Below are positions 38,971 to 53,208 of a stretch of 64,000 nucleotides of DNA, piece by piece (position 1 is the stretch's first letter; every line of letters starts with the position of its first letter). The stretch is from positions 65,844,001 through 65,908,000 of the forward strand of contig OZ024745.1 in the NCBI GenBank assembly GCA_964016885.1, read 5' to 3'. The notes under the pieces are model-generated. The model ran no database searches. It was not told the DNA's origin and was given only the letters and a program-made list of their open reading frames with translations. The position numbers and the translations under genes were made by a program. This stretch comes from Eledone cirrhosa (taxonomy: Eukaryota).

Positions 38971-41657
38971 TGTATGTGACCATCTCCATAATACATTATT
39001 ATTCCTCAAACTGTCAAAAGTTCCATTGGCTATTCACAAATAGCAATGCTAATTTCAGTTGTATTTCTAATATTTGCAGCATCCCCAAGGTTGAATTGCA
39101 ACCAAACGTGAAATGAAAGACTCTACAATGGAGGAAGCCATGAAAATCGCTTTGAAGAATTCACAGCCAATCTCACCAAGTAACATTTCTTAAATACTTA
39201 TTCAGTATTTGTACAACAAAGCATTTATAATTGTTGTATAATGTATAATAGTAGCTCATTTGGCCACTGTCACATTGTAACCAACTCGCAACACATAACA
39301 TGTATTGGAAAATCGTGATATGAAGGGAAAATACAGAAATTTACACATGAAATTTTCTCAGAGAATTTCCCCATCCAAAAGAGATCTCTCTGAGTACAGG
39401 TATTTATTAATGTCCTTTATTCCTTTAGGTATATAAAATTTATTTCTTAGATTTAATTTCCTCTACTTCTTTAAAAATATTAGAGGTTTACAGAGTGTTT
39501 TCCAACAGAGCCGCTGTACTGTTGGATTCATGAAATAAAAATAAATAATAAATGATCAAATTTTCTATCGCTTTTTGTAAGAACTATTTCAAACAATGAA
39601 TTTTCTTTCGATGAATCTACTCTCCAGTTTATTGTTTTGGTTACTGCTTTCATGACAGGTTTAAACTTTATTACTCTAGAACATTGAATTTTTTGCTGCA
39701 TTGAAGAATGATAAATGTTACATTTTAGAAATGTAGGCTCACTTTTGCATTGTGCAATAAATCTTTTCTACGAATACTTTTATGAATTAATAGCAGTTAA
39801 CTTTGGTAATGGTAATTTATTTTGCTAATACATGAAGGTATTCTTAAACTGCTTTCCACAATAAGAAGTTGAATTCGAATAAAAATGGAACTCTGTTCGT
39901 AATGAAATCATGGCATACAATTTTCTTTATCAAAATGTCTCGTTGCTATGAGTCTATAATGCTTATTGATCAGTATGCGGCAAGAAAACAACATCCTCAT
40001 TTTCCTAACTCTTGTTAATTTATTATTCGTATTAATTGCAATAAAATTAACTCCCCGAGTAACAGTACTTTCCTATGATAAATTTCTATTGACTTACAAT
40101 GAAATATAGTATTAATCGAACGCCTCAAAAGTGAATTTGTTGTTTTCCTTATTTTATAATATAACATATTTAGAAGGAATAATTTTCTACATTGACAGAA
40201 ATAATACTTTTCTAGAGGTAATACTTTTCTTCTACACTGCTGTATCAATGATTGTGGCTGTTTAAAATAAAATTATCCCTAAAGGAAGCAGACTTAGGAT
40301 AAACCCATTACAGCCATGACCTTACTCTATTTACTTTAGTTGTGGTATATATGTGTGCTTCTATTTTTAAGAAGGTAGTTTGTAGTTTTGTGGAAGAATG
40401 ACAGCGCCTATGGTCCATTTCATGAGCTATGTTTTTGATGTGAGGAAGGGGGAAAGTTATCTTCAATCTGGAGACGTTACTACATAGTGGACCCCTGATA
40501 AAGACATTCAAAGGCTTGGTGGTGGTGTTCAATTGTACGTCTATCACCCAATTAGCTTGCTATATTTACGAGCTTGCGTAACTCCATTGAAGAGTACTAG
40601 TTAGCTCAAACAACATCGTGTAAATCTGCAATTCAATAGATAAAACGAATAGTAAATTTTTTTCCCAACATTATGGGAAAGACTTGGAATCTCTCTTTTT
40701 TTATCGACTTACAAATTCAAACGGCAAATCATTGTTAAGATTTTGTAGAACTTATACCATTCAACATTTACGTTATCTGGAACAGCCACATTCCTATTAT
40801 CTAAAGTATGTAATATTTTTCTTTTCCTTCAATATTGAAGGGAGAGTGCTTAGATTTGTATTGTTGTTTCTGTTTTCAAAAGGTAGTACCGAAGATACCT
40901 ACTCCATGTTTTATTCACAGAACAGCATCTCTAAAACAGAAGCAAATCTTTGATGATAAAATGATTGTACGTGAAGTGAACCAGAACATAGCTGTTACAA
41001 GATACGTATAATAATTTAGAGAGTTTTCTTTTACCTTATTATAGGACATGTCTTATATAAATAAAGTTGCAGTGTGCTGAAAAGTTTGATGTTTTAAACT
41101 TTGCTTTTTGGTAATTACTTCTAGAGGATGATTTATTTCTATGAAGAAAGTTTTTATTTCTATGGAGTAGTTAATCATCAATATAAGTTTCTCATAGCTG
41201 CCATTGCTACTAGCGACTCTTAGAATATTATAAGCTACACTAATTCAAAATAAAATTGATGTAACGAAACATAATGAAGCATTTAAATTTAATAAAGACA
41301 TGAATATTACTTTGTCTGATAGGTTAAAAGTAATTAAATATTGTGACACTTTTTTCCATTTTAGATTACGAATTAACAAATATAAAATATAGTATTATGT
41401 ATTACATCGATACATAACATATATTGGCTCCTCTTCAAAACAAAACAATACCAACAACACCATTAGAAATCATTGTGTAACACTATTAATAAAAAAAAAA
41501 ATAGAAACAAAATAATATTTTTCTGAACTAATTATCGGTAGCTGTCAGCTAAAGTTTTTGTGTTCATTTTACTTATACACGGTTGACGATTATAACATAT
41601 TTATGGTTTCTGTTGAAGTGTTTCATATCATTTTATGGATTTTCATTTGGAAGAATA

Positions 41658-41836
41658 TAATTGTTTGTACTTTTTGGCACAAGACCAGCAATTATCCCAG
41701 TGCATTACTGGTACTTTATTTTATCGACCCCGTAAGGATGAAAGGCAAAGTTGACCACGGCGGGATTTGACTGAGACTATAAAAGGCCATAACTCTTTGC
41801 TGCAAAGCATGGCGTCAGACCCTTTACCGATACCAT
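41658..41836 (-). mobile_element. SINE S1
   Basis: Reverse complement of the S1 unit. Confidence 0.8.
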
Positions 41837-41899
41837 TGTAAGAATATCATGAAAAAAGTTTCAGTTCATTAAACTTGGAATTACTGTTCAATATACATA

Positions 41900-42295
41900 T
41901 CATCATCAGGTTTAGCGTCCGTGTTCCACGCTTGCATGGGTTTGGACGGGGGTTTTCCCACTTGAGGCAAGAGTGGTTGTCTTGCTCGCATAGGACTGTC
42001 TGGCGGGTTTTCTACAGTTGGATGCCCTTCCTAACACCAACCACATTTACAGTGTGGGGATGGGAGGTTTTTACCGTGTTGCCTACACGGCCACATTACA
42101 GCGTGGACTGTCTGGCGGGTTTTCTACAGCTGGATGCCCTTCCTAACACCAACCACATTTACAGTGTGGGGCTGGGAGGTTTTTACCGTGTTGCCTACAC
42201 GGCCACATTTACAGCGTGGACTGTGTGTTTTTTTTGTCGTGACACCTACACGATCTCATTTGTTTCGGCCTGGATGTTGTGGGACCAACATAACT
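41900..42295 (-). mobile_element. SINE with GGAAGGGCATCC (Meta-domain-like) body, (GAT)n tail and a ~113-bp internal tandem duplication
   Basis: GGACTGTCTGGCGGG...GGATGCCCTTCCTAACACCAACC...CGGCCACATT is duplicated at ~41993 and ~42106. Confidence 0.5.
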
Positions 42296-42467
42296 TTATA
42301 TATATATATATATATACAGAAGCGCGCGCGCATCAAGCGTCCGAAACGTTAAGATATTCTTCCAGCTATTTCAAGCTTTCAACTAACATATTCCTTCCAT
42401 ATACTGTACTAATTGTGTTGTTATTTTTGTTTACCTTTCACCCCCCCCCCACATATATATATATATA

Positions 42468-45100
42468 TATAATTTTAGGAATAACCAAAGAGTGCTTAGA
42501 AATACAATGTTTTATTTGCTAACAGTGTTTCATCCATACCCTACGGCAGGAATCATCAGAGCCTATAAACAAAAGTATATCAAAGGTTGCAGGCTCCATC
42601 GAGCCTAGTCACCAGAACAAGGAAGGCGGAGAAGTAGGGGCCACACAATACATGATACATATAATGTCACAAAAAATTATATCATAAAAAATTACGTCAA
42701 AGGTTTATCACATAAATGGTGCAATAGATCATAAGGAGGTTGAGAGAGGAGAGCAAGAAATGAATGAGGTTGTCACTCAGCATGATCAAAAAACAAACCA
42801 AGCATAGATACATCAATTCACAAGCAGTGCAAGTACATGATTTACAGGCAGAGTATAAAAGCTTCTAAGCAGGAGTCAGTAAACAGAAAAGTTGGTTAGC
42901 TGTGGTGCAGCTTTACAGGCAGGATTGTTTATAGGAAAGATGGTACACTCTAGTAGTATCGCCTTGTAACAGGTTGATTTCTCCATATCCGGCCACGACC
43001 CTCAATCCATTGGTTCTAGTTCCAAGTATTAGGCCACATAATACTAGGTTTCCAAATAAACGCATAGAGGATTTTTCCACAGGGCCAGTCTGCAACTAAC
43101 ACCCTAAATCCAAAACAGAATAAAATGAAATGAGGTAAAGCGGAGTACATGCACTGCTTGCACTCCAATGAAGGAAGTGGAAATAAAACGGGTCCGCAAT
43201 ATCTGCTATCTCTCACTGTCTTCACGTTCGGTTACATGAAATACACAGTATGGCCCAGTCTGTATCTGGCTAAAGTGCCATACCATATGTAAATATACTA
43301 CAGTAAATGCTATTCGTAATGGCTAGTTAGTCTCGTAGACAGAAAACGTATATAGAAAACTCCGCCTATGGAATTTCAGCTAGCGTGAACTATTTTGTTA
43401 AAAGATTAAGGTGGCGTGCTTTCCACTATGATAGGAACCGGGATAACCCTCAGCAAGCAACCCGGGAGGATAGACTTACAAGAATTACAAGAACTTACAA
43501 GAACTTACAAGACTTACAAGAATCCACCGCATAATAGTAGTCTGGAGGGCTTCGAAAATGACCTACTAAACCTTGTAAGGAATATTAGATATAGAAATAA
43601 ACGCCATAGCAAAAACCAAATAGAGATCTTAACTCTATTAATGAAGGCTTCGAAGAAAATCTATTCGAAGAAATAGTATTCGCGTCCCCTCAGATAAAAC
43701 AAAAAATATATATAACTCAGACTATAGGACTTACAGAAACTTCATATACAAGGAAATCCATAAAAATTATGAGAAAACTTCCTACACTAACCTTGACGAA
43801 ATAAATAAGAAAGGGTTTGAAATTGTTAAGAGGCTGAATCTTGAAAGGTACGCCCAACCTTTCACCCCTAAATAACCCAGATTCACACTGAAGGATCACA
43901 AAGAGGACTTTATTAGTAACTCCTCAATTAGGCTCATTAGCCCATCTAAGTCTGACCTAGAGATAATAAGCAAGAGAATTTTAGATGAAATTTACACTTT
44001 TTCTAATAAGCTCGCCTATTAACCTAACCATAACTGCTTTTCCTTCACTCTGGCCTAGGTAATTCTATAGGCGGAGTTTTCTATATACGCTTTCTGTCTA
44101 CGAGACTAACTAGCCATTACGAATAGCATTTGCTGTAGTATATATACATATGGTATGGCATTTTAGCCAGATGCAGACTGGGCCATACTGTATATTTCCC
44201 GTGGGATGTTGGGTTGCGTAACCGAACGCGAAGACTGTGAGAGATAGCAGATATTGTGGACCCGTTTTATTTTCACTTTCTTCATTGGAGTGCAAGCAGT
44301 GCATGTACTCCGCTTTACCTCATTTCATTGAATTCTGTTTGGGATTTAGGGTGTTAGTTGCAGACTGCCTCTGTGGAAAAATCCTCTATGGGTGTATTTG
44401 GAAACCTAGTATTATGTGGCCTAAACTTGGAACTAGAACCAATGGATTGGGGGTCATGGCCGGATATGGAGAAATCAACCTGTTACAAGGCGATTTTACT
44501 GGAGTGCACCATTGTTCCTATAAACAATCCTGCCTGCAAAGCTGCACCACAGCTAACCAACTTCTCTGTTTACTGACGCCTGCTTAGAAGCTTTCATACT
44601 CTGCCTGTAAATCATGTACTTGCACTGCTTGTGAATTGATGTATCTATGCTTGGTTTGTTTTTTGATCATGCTGTGTGACACCCTCATTCAATTCTTGCT
44701 CTCCTCTCTCAACCTCCTTATGATCTATTGCACCCTTTATGTGATAAACCTTTGACGTAATGTTTTATGATGTAATTTTTTTGTGACATTATATGTATCA
44801 TGTATTGTGTGCCCCCCTACTTCTCCTTCTTCCTTGCTCCGGTGACTAGGCTCGATGGAGCCAGCAACCTTTGATATACTTTTGTTTATAGGCTCTGATG
44901 ATTCCTGCCGTAGGGTATGGATGAAACCCTGTTAGCAAATAAAACAATGTATTTCTAAGCACTCTTTGGTTATTCCTAAAATTATAACGGCTCTGCATCA
45001 TACTAGTTATCCTACTTTGAGCTAAAACCACACTGTCATACCAAGGACAATATATCTGTGTGTCTGTGCACATTAGTATAATTGTCAACCAAACTATATA
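42468..45100 (+). mobile_element. Internally deleted Penelope-like element with ~910-bp inverted pseudo-LTRs
   Basis: 42468-43375 is inverted against 44061-44986. The spacer encodes PLE ORF remnants KNPPHNSSLEGFENDLLNLVRNIRY and FTLKDHKEDFISNSSIRLISPSKSDLEIISKRILDEI. Flanked by TA/CA repeats. Confidence 0.8.
44884..44944 (+). ncRNA. Minimal hammerhead ribozyme (mirror copy 42511-42571 on -)
   Basis: GCT-CTGATGA(44895-44901)-tTCCTGCC-gtag-GGTAtGGAt-GAAA-c(c/a)ctG-TT-AGC, then AATAAA. Confidence 0.7.
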
Positions 45101-45101
45101 T

Positions 45102-45137
<36 letters not shown>

Positions 45138-45138
<1 letters not shown>

Positions 45139-45601
45139 AAATTTCAGGTTATCAATAATGTAGTGATAATATATCGTTACGTTAGAGATGAACAGCGTAC
45201 GTGCAGGTTTGCTCAACGAGTATAAATTATATTCCGGAGAAAATGTAGAAAGGATGAATATAAAATGAAAGTGCTTTTGTTAAAAAAGGAATTTATTAGG
45301 TATTGACATATGTTTCTGTAACAGACCGAATACCTATGTATCGCTGCTTGCGTAATCATATAATGTTAGCAAGTATTCGATAGCAAATGTATAATCAGTT
45401 GTCACTTCTTCAGAGATTTTGGATAAAATCCAAAATCTCTGAAGAAGTGACAACTGATTATACATTTGCTATCGAATACTTGCTAACATTATATGATTAC
45501 GCAAGCAGCGATACATAGGTATTCGGTCTGTTACAGAAACATATGTCAATACCTAATAAATTCCTTTTTTAACAAAAGCACTTTCATTTTATATTCATCC
45601 T

Positions 45602-45606
<5 letters not shown>
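45138..45606. mobile_element. Fold-back element with apparently perfect ~180-bp arms (45246-45424 / 45428-45606), 3-nt loop, in (TA)n
   Basis: I found no mismatch between the arms by eye. Contains CTGAAGA...GAAA-CATATG-TC. Confidence 0.85.
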
Positions 45607-45669
<63 letters not shown>

Positions 45670-46137
45670 ATATAGGGCATACGAATCGTCGCCATAATGG
45701 AAACGATGGGCATTAGCATGTGTGCTATATCGGCCATTTCACAGTCAAATGCAACTGGGAAATATTAGGGTCAGATTTTGCTTTATACGTGTTAAAGTAG
45801 ACTATTTTCGAGTTTCCTTTTCTTGCATTTAATAATAAGGCCTCTGCAAAATTGACATAATAAGCATTATAGGTCAATAATACAGTCGACATATTTAGAC
45901 TCTCCCTGTCTTCTCGTCTGGAGGGCTCTCGTCTTTTATAAACAAAAAGTTGAATCTTATGTCACATGTTTATGGCGTGTCTATATTGTCCAGCCATCAC
46001 AGTCTTACATTTTGCATTCATTTTAATAGAACCATAGGATTAAGTAGCAGTATAGTTAAAAAAGCAACAAGAAAAACAACCATGTGAAGCGATAACAACC
46101 ATAAAATACACCTGCGGACAGTTGCTAGGTGGCTTTG

Positions 46138-46474
46138 TTGTAATTTTTGTTGTTTTTCTTATAAATATATACATAGACACAGAAAGAGCTAGAAATAGAG
46201 ATACGTATGTAGGTAGGTAGATATATAGACATGTAAATAGAGAGGTAGACAAATAGACACTTTTGCTGTTATTGTTTTTATTCACCTGCTGTGCTGCCCA
46301 TTAAAATTCTACAGGCTAGTTGTTTTTATTGGTGAATAAAACAATAACAGCAAAAGTGTCTATTTTCCGACCTCTCTATTTACTTGTCTATATATCTACC
46401 TACCTACATATGTATGTCTATTTCTAGCTCTTTCTGTGTCTATCTATATATTTATAAGGAAAACAACAAAAATT

Positions 46475-46478
<4 letters not shown>
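46138..46478. repeat. Inverted repeat, ~150-bp arms (46138-46287 / 46331-46478), ending at (TA)n
   Basis: TTGTAATTTTTGTTG...TTTTATTCACC is inverted against GGTGAATAAAA...CAACAAAAATTACAA. Confidence 0.8.
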
Positions 46479-46508
<30 letters not shown>

Positions 46509-46539
46509 TACACATGTGCGCATCCACACACACACATGC

Positions 46540-46600
<61 letters not shown>

Positions 46601-47559
46601 TGTGTGTGCGTGTGTGTGTGTATTTAAAACAATTCACGTGTGATACGCGAAACTGTATATAAATACATATATATTGAAAAAAAAATACATTCAGGCTACC
46701 CAACCAAAACTATGAATCCACTAGGCCGTAAAAAATCAAATGTCCTTCGAAAATCTCAAGATTCATAAAAACGAACGGGAAAAAACAAGACTTTCTTTAA
46801 ACAACGTATGCAAACGCAGTCAACAACTAGAACGTAGTAGGTCATTTTGGAAAGCAGGGAAAATGCTGAAAGACAAAGGGGAAAACAAGTCTTTGATACT
46901 AAAATATATATTAACCGAAAAACAACTTGACACAAAGTAAAAATATTATACATAAGCAAATGATTGAATGAGGAAAACCTTAAAAACACTCCAACAAAAT
47001 GAAAGAAAACGTAACAATATAATATTGAAAAGCAAAGAATAGAATAATTACAGAAAGACAAATACATAATCTAATCAATATAAAAACCAACATCTGTGAT
47101 AAATTAATGGAACCAAGATTCATAAAGGTAATAAAATGGTCGCACCGATGGTTATAAGAGTTCTCGCCTGGTGATTGATGTGGCGTAAAACTCTTATCAT
47201 GTGAAAGTAATTCAATTTAAATAAACAATATAACCTGTACCTTGTAGTGAGTAACCTTTTCTTCATTTGTTAACAAACAATATTATATATATATACGTAT
47301 ATACTTTGACGCACACACATATAGGTCTGTACTTCTCCCTATATATATATACAAGCGAATATATATATATATATATAAGCGAATATATATATATATATAT
47401 ATGCCTACATACGTGTGTGTGTGTATATATATAAGTGTGTCTGTATGTTGATCAATAATTTTGTTAGTTACTCCAATATGTGCAGAAGATGCTGAAACAG
47501 ACTATTTGTATTGAGAATGGGATAACTAAATTTCATTTCAAAATGTTTTTATTGGACAT

Positions 47560-47652
47560 TGAACGTTACATATGTTTCACAAATAATCGGCTCCAGGACC
47601 TAATCAATATTATTGACCTGACCCCATCATCAATATACTCGTCAGACGTGTT
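47560..47652 (-). ncRNA. Hammerhead ribozyme motif with 60-nt stem-loop II (GUA triplet)
   Basis: Minus strand: ACGT-CTGACGA-(60 nt)-GAAA-CATATG-TA-ACGT, then AATAAA about 13 nt after the predicted cut. Confidence 0.7.
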
Positions 47653-47809
47653 TAGTCAATGAAATAATTTTCCTCCTTGCGATATATATATAGAGAGAGA
47701 GAGATTACATGAATACACCAATTTCGCAGGTGAAAGATTAACATTTATTACGTAACTGACATATATTTTGTCGATAAGTAGGTCAGCATATTTAGAATCG
47801 CTAATTTGA

Positions 47810-48138
47810 TGCCTTAGTGGTTAGAGAATTGGGCTTGTAATCAAAAGGTTGAGAGTCCGATTCTCGGACAGAGTGATACGTTGTGTCCTTGAGCAAGACA
47901 CTTTATTTCACATTGTTCCAGTCTAATAAACTGTAGAAATGAATTACGACGTCACTGGTGCCAAGCTGTATCGGGCATAGCCTTTCCCTTGGACATCATC
48001 GGGGGCATGGAGAGGGGAGGCTGGTATGCATGGGTGACTGCTGGACTTCCTCAGACAACCTTGCCCTGGTTTGTGCCTCGGAGTGAAACTTTCTAGGTAT
48101 AAATCACATGGTCATTCGTGACCGAAGGGGGGGTCTTC
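47810..48138 (+). mobile_element. tRNA-derived SINE with conserved-domain (CORE/Nin-like) body; partial copy at 25340-25420
   Basis: GCCTTAGTGGTTAG A-box, GAGTCCGATTCTC B-box-like, GTGTCCTTGAGCAAGACACTT, then CTGGTGCCAAGCTG...GCATGGG.GACTGCTGG. Confidence 0.6.
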
Positions 48139-48139
48139 G

Positions 48140-49325
<1,186 letters not shown>

Positions 49326-49951
49326 GATGTTTCACAGGTAAACGTCTAAATAAATTGGATACATCATCATGTGTATGTGTGAGTGTGTGCATGTATGTGT
49401 GTGAACGGAGTAATTGCATCATATACTTTAAGACATGTATGCCTGTGTTGACATACTTTAACTCATGCATAATGATATACGAACACTCCTCGAAACCATC
49501 TTTTAGTTCGCAGAAATCTAATGTGCATCTGCATTTCCGGTATTCCGTTTAAATAATTGTTAGGTGAATTTTTGACAGCATGCACGTGTCACAGTTTACC
49601 GTCATTTGAATGTCAACCTACCGATATATAAAACGAGATGATATATCAATCACACACATTAATAGAGTGGTAGGTAGTAAATAGGAATAACAATTATTTT
49701 AATTGTACTTACTAACCAGTAAATGCTGTGATTCTTACGCAAAATAATCACGTTTATCATTGAAATTGTTTCTCCTCGAAATGTAATTTAAAATCAAAGT
49801 AATTAGTGTTATCAAAATCAATTGAATACAAAATACATTCATGTGAAGTGTGTATCTTAATACATATATGCACACACACACACATGCATGCATACATACA
49901 TACATACATACATACATACATACATACATACATACATACATACATACATAC

Positions 49952-50545
49952 AAACCTCGATTTCGAGTACGGCCAATACTTTATATCCATGTAGGAGAAT
50001 CCCTGCCGATGCGCTGAGCGAGTGTGACTGTTTAGTCCAGCTAGCGACTTGAAAACTCTGGTACAAACACTACACTAGTGACAATTATTGACACATAGTT
50101 CTGGGCCCATTGTGCCCTGTGATGACAAGTGCAGAGAGGTCTCCAGATATAAAGCAATGCCTGTGCCGTGAAGCTTTTATAGTGAGCAAAGGCACTGCAC
50201 AAAGCCAGTCCAACTCTCTTAACCAAGATGATATTTACCAAAAAGAAGAACAAGTCAACATCATTGGATACCATCAGAGTTGCAGGTGTTATATCAGAGT
50301 TTTTCTTCACCTAGAATTCTGCCTTGACAAAGGCTAAGGGGTCATCTCTCCCGGTGATTTTGGATGGCGATTGACTCTTAAGAGCTCCTTTGCCCTTTGA
50401 CAGGTTTTGTTTTTAGTCCTGCAAGATGTCCAAAGACACCCTCCTCACCAAGAAACCTTGGTGGGGTTGACAGTTTAGTCGCCAACGACCCGACCATGGG
50501 ACAGGTTGTACTGGGATACATGTTACCAGTAGCACCAACTGGTGA
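49952..50545 (-). mobile_element. Full-length copy of the bipartite RTE-like element, (TGTA)n tail at 49890-49951
   Basis: Reverse complement aligns with 29211-29706 and extends ~90 bp further 5'. Confidence 0.7.
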
Positions 50546-50602
50546 CATACATACATGCATGCATACATACATATATCATTTTAATTGTACATACGTACAT
50601 AC

Positions 50603-51443
50603 ATCGAAGATGTCACCCATGTCATAAGCAGCTGTCCAAAGATGTCATCGCGGTACTATCTACCTATGAGGCATGATGCAGTGGCCAAAACATTGTATAA
50701 TGCAATCCGTAGAAAAGATAGCCCCGATAATAAACACATTAAAAGATACAGCAATGTGGAAGACATACATATACATAATATGAAAGAGTACTGGTGGAAT
50801 GTTCCAGTAAAAGCCCCAATAAAGTGCAGGCATAACAGACCAGATATTATGATATAGGACAGGGAAGAGAAGGCATGCACAGTAGTGGAAGTTAGCTGTC
50901 CAGCAGATGCCAATATAATATCAAAGATTAGCGAAAAGGAGAATATTTATGCAGAACTGATGAGAAATCTGCAGATACCCCAACCTGATTATACCTTTAG
51001 ATTTATGCCTGTGATTATTGGGGCACTGGGGTATGTTAGTAACTGCATCAATACAAATCTTGAGAAGCTGGGCTTCACAGGAACAGAAAGACACGACTAG
51101 TTAGGAAATTACAAGTACAATCCATTAATGGAACAGTAAAAATATGTAAAACATTCCAAAGATTTTGATCTAATAACTGCATATACGCATGTACAGATAC
51201 AAAGCATATACACATGCACACATACAACTCAAAACATACACATCCACACATACAATAACATCCATACCTACACATGCATGCAGCCATTCATACATATCTA
51301 CCTAGTTGATGTTGTGTAAATTCCAATGAGAGAGTCTTGTGTCTATGCTAGAAACCGACTCTCTCTCTATTGGCAAAAATTTGTGAGATTATAAAACCAG
51401 AAGAACATACATATATACAGAGATAGAGGAGGGAGCAATACAT
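50603..51443 (+). pseudogene. 3' end of an R4/Dong-like (R2-group) non-LTR retrotransposon, restriction-like endonuclease domain
   Basis: EDVTHVISSCP...RHDAVAK (end of CCHC knuckle + RHD), WWNVP...HNRPDIMI, VVEVSCPAD...EKENIYAEL, PVIIGALG. In-frame stops present. Confidence 0.85.
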
Positions 51444-51551
51444 GTTCATTGACATTGAAGAGTTTTACTTTAAGTAAAGTTTTGTGTTGATCTGATTTAA
51501 ATAAATGTCTCTCTGATAAAAGTCTAAAAAAACCTCTTGAATGTACCTCGT

Positions 51552-51586
<35 letters not shown>

Positions 51587-53168
51587 TATACATACACACA
51601 CATACATATATTCATACATACATACATATATACATATATAAATATAAACGCATGAGTGCAAGCAATGTGGAATTATTAAGAAGTTAACTTCGCTATCATG
51701 ACATTAGCATTCCCCATTATTGCATTGTAATGGAGCATCAAGCGGTTTCTTGGATCGACTGGATTCGTGTTTGGAAAATTGGATTTGGATAGAATAACAT
51801 TTTGTAGAAGCCATAATTTGTAATTCTTATGTCCAGCCTCATTTTCTACAAGTTTGTACTAAATCTATCTAAATATTAAGTTAAGTTTATTATGGTCAAC
51901 TTTATACTCATTCATTGAGTAGTATATTTGGCTGATCGAACAAGAACAATACTGACTACATCATACCTAAAATATATATTTTGAAGATACTGAATACAAT
52001 TATCAACTTTTGTTTTATTGTATTGCCCGGGAAATAATCATACTTGAATGAATTGGAAATCCTATAATACAATTAATATGCGATAAATTTTAGAATTTAT
52101 AATGTTTTTTTTTAGAATTTAGCAAATTGATTTTTGGGGAATACATTTGTGTGTTATATAACATAATATAATTCTGCGATTCAAATAATTAAACACAATA
52201 ATAATGTTATCTTTGTGTAAAGATATGAATGTCACAACAGAACTCATAACAGGATTAATCTCGTAAAACCTATTAAGATAATTATGCATTGATAATATTA
52301 GCGTAATGCAAATTAGCGAAACATATTTCATGTGTAATAAAACTGCATGAAAGCGATCGAACTGTTCATGATAGCATCATTTGTTAAAACTTTGTATTGT
52401 ATATCATTTACGCAGAAAATAAACTAGTAATAGTGATTGTTACAATGTTGTTGTTTTTTTTAAATTTCAATTGACTTTCAGGTTTTATGAACTCTGCAAC
52501 ACGTAATTGTTTCACTATGCAGGTTTTTAGTTGGGATTAAATTGCCTGTGAGCATTCCAATCAACATGAATTATTTGATGCGTTTATATTGATGAGAGGA
52601 TGGGATATTTCCGTTATCAGTTGATGGATCATTTATTGAGATATTAATGGAAGTGATAAGATCAAGGAACTAAGAACAGCCAAGGAAATTAATTTTCACT
52701 TTTAATAATGCTTTGCCTAAATTTTTAACCATAATATCTGATGTGTAACTTGGCGATAACATTCATAAATTACCTTATGACAAACCATCCTTTAACAGTT
52801 CAGGAAATTAAAAGTATTTTTTCCTGCGTTTTATTTTTAAATCATTATAATTGGATAGCGAGAGAAGAAAATGCAAAAATTAAAAAGAAAGAAAATAAAA
52901 AAAATTAATATGATGTATCTGTAATTCTTCAAAAACAAAGAACATTTAAATATTGGTGAGGGAGTAAAGTGGGAGCTATTGTGAGCTATATAAATACAAT
53001 GGTTTAGTAAGTAGAAGGGGACAAACACAAAAAAAGAGAAGTAAAACAGTTATTTTTATATACATTTAAAGACTGAAGTTGTTGGACGAATTTGGATAAA
53101 ATTAAAAGTGAAGAGTATGGCCTGTGATTATGAATATGCTACAAAAGACAAGAGAGGGAGAGAGAGAG

Positions 53169-53208
<40 letters not shown>

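Noticed and set aside
44237-44587. Cys-rich 116-aa ORF
   Set aside because: It lies in the inverted arm, and the mirror copy (43016-43225) is frameshifted. No recognisable domain.
50440-50545. HDV-like or twister ribozyme in the RTE 5' module
   Set aside because: I could not assign P1/P1.1/J4-2 or the twister conserved nucleotides. Reported only as a structured RNA candidate.
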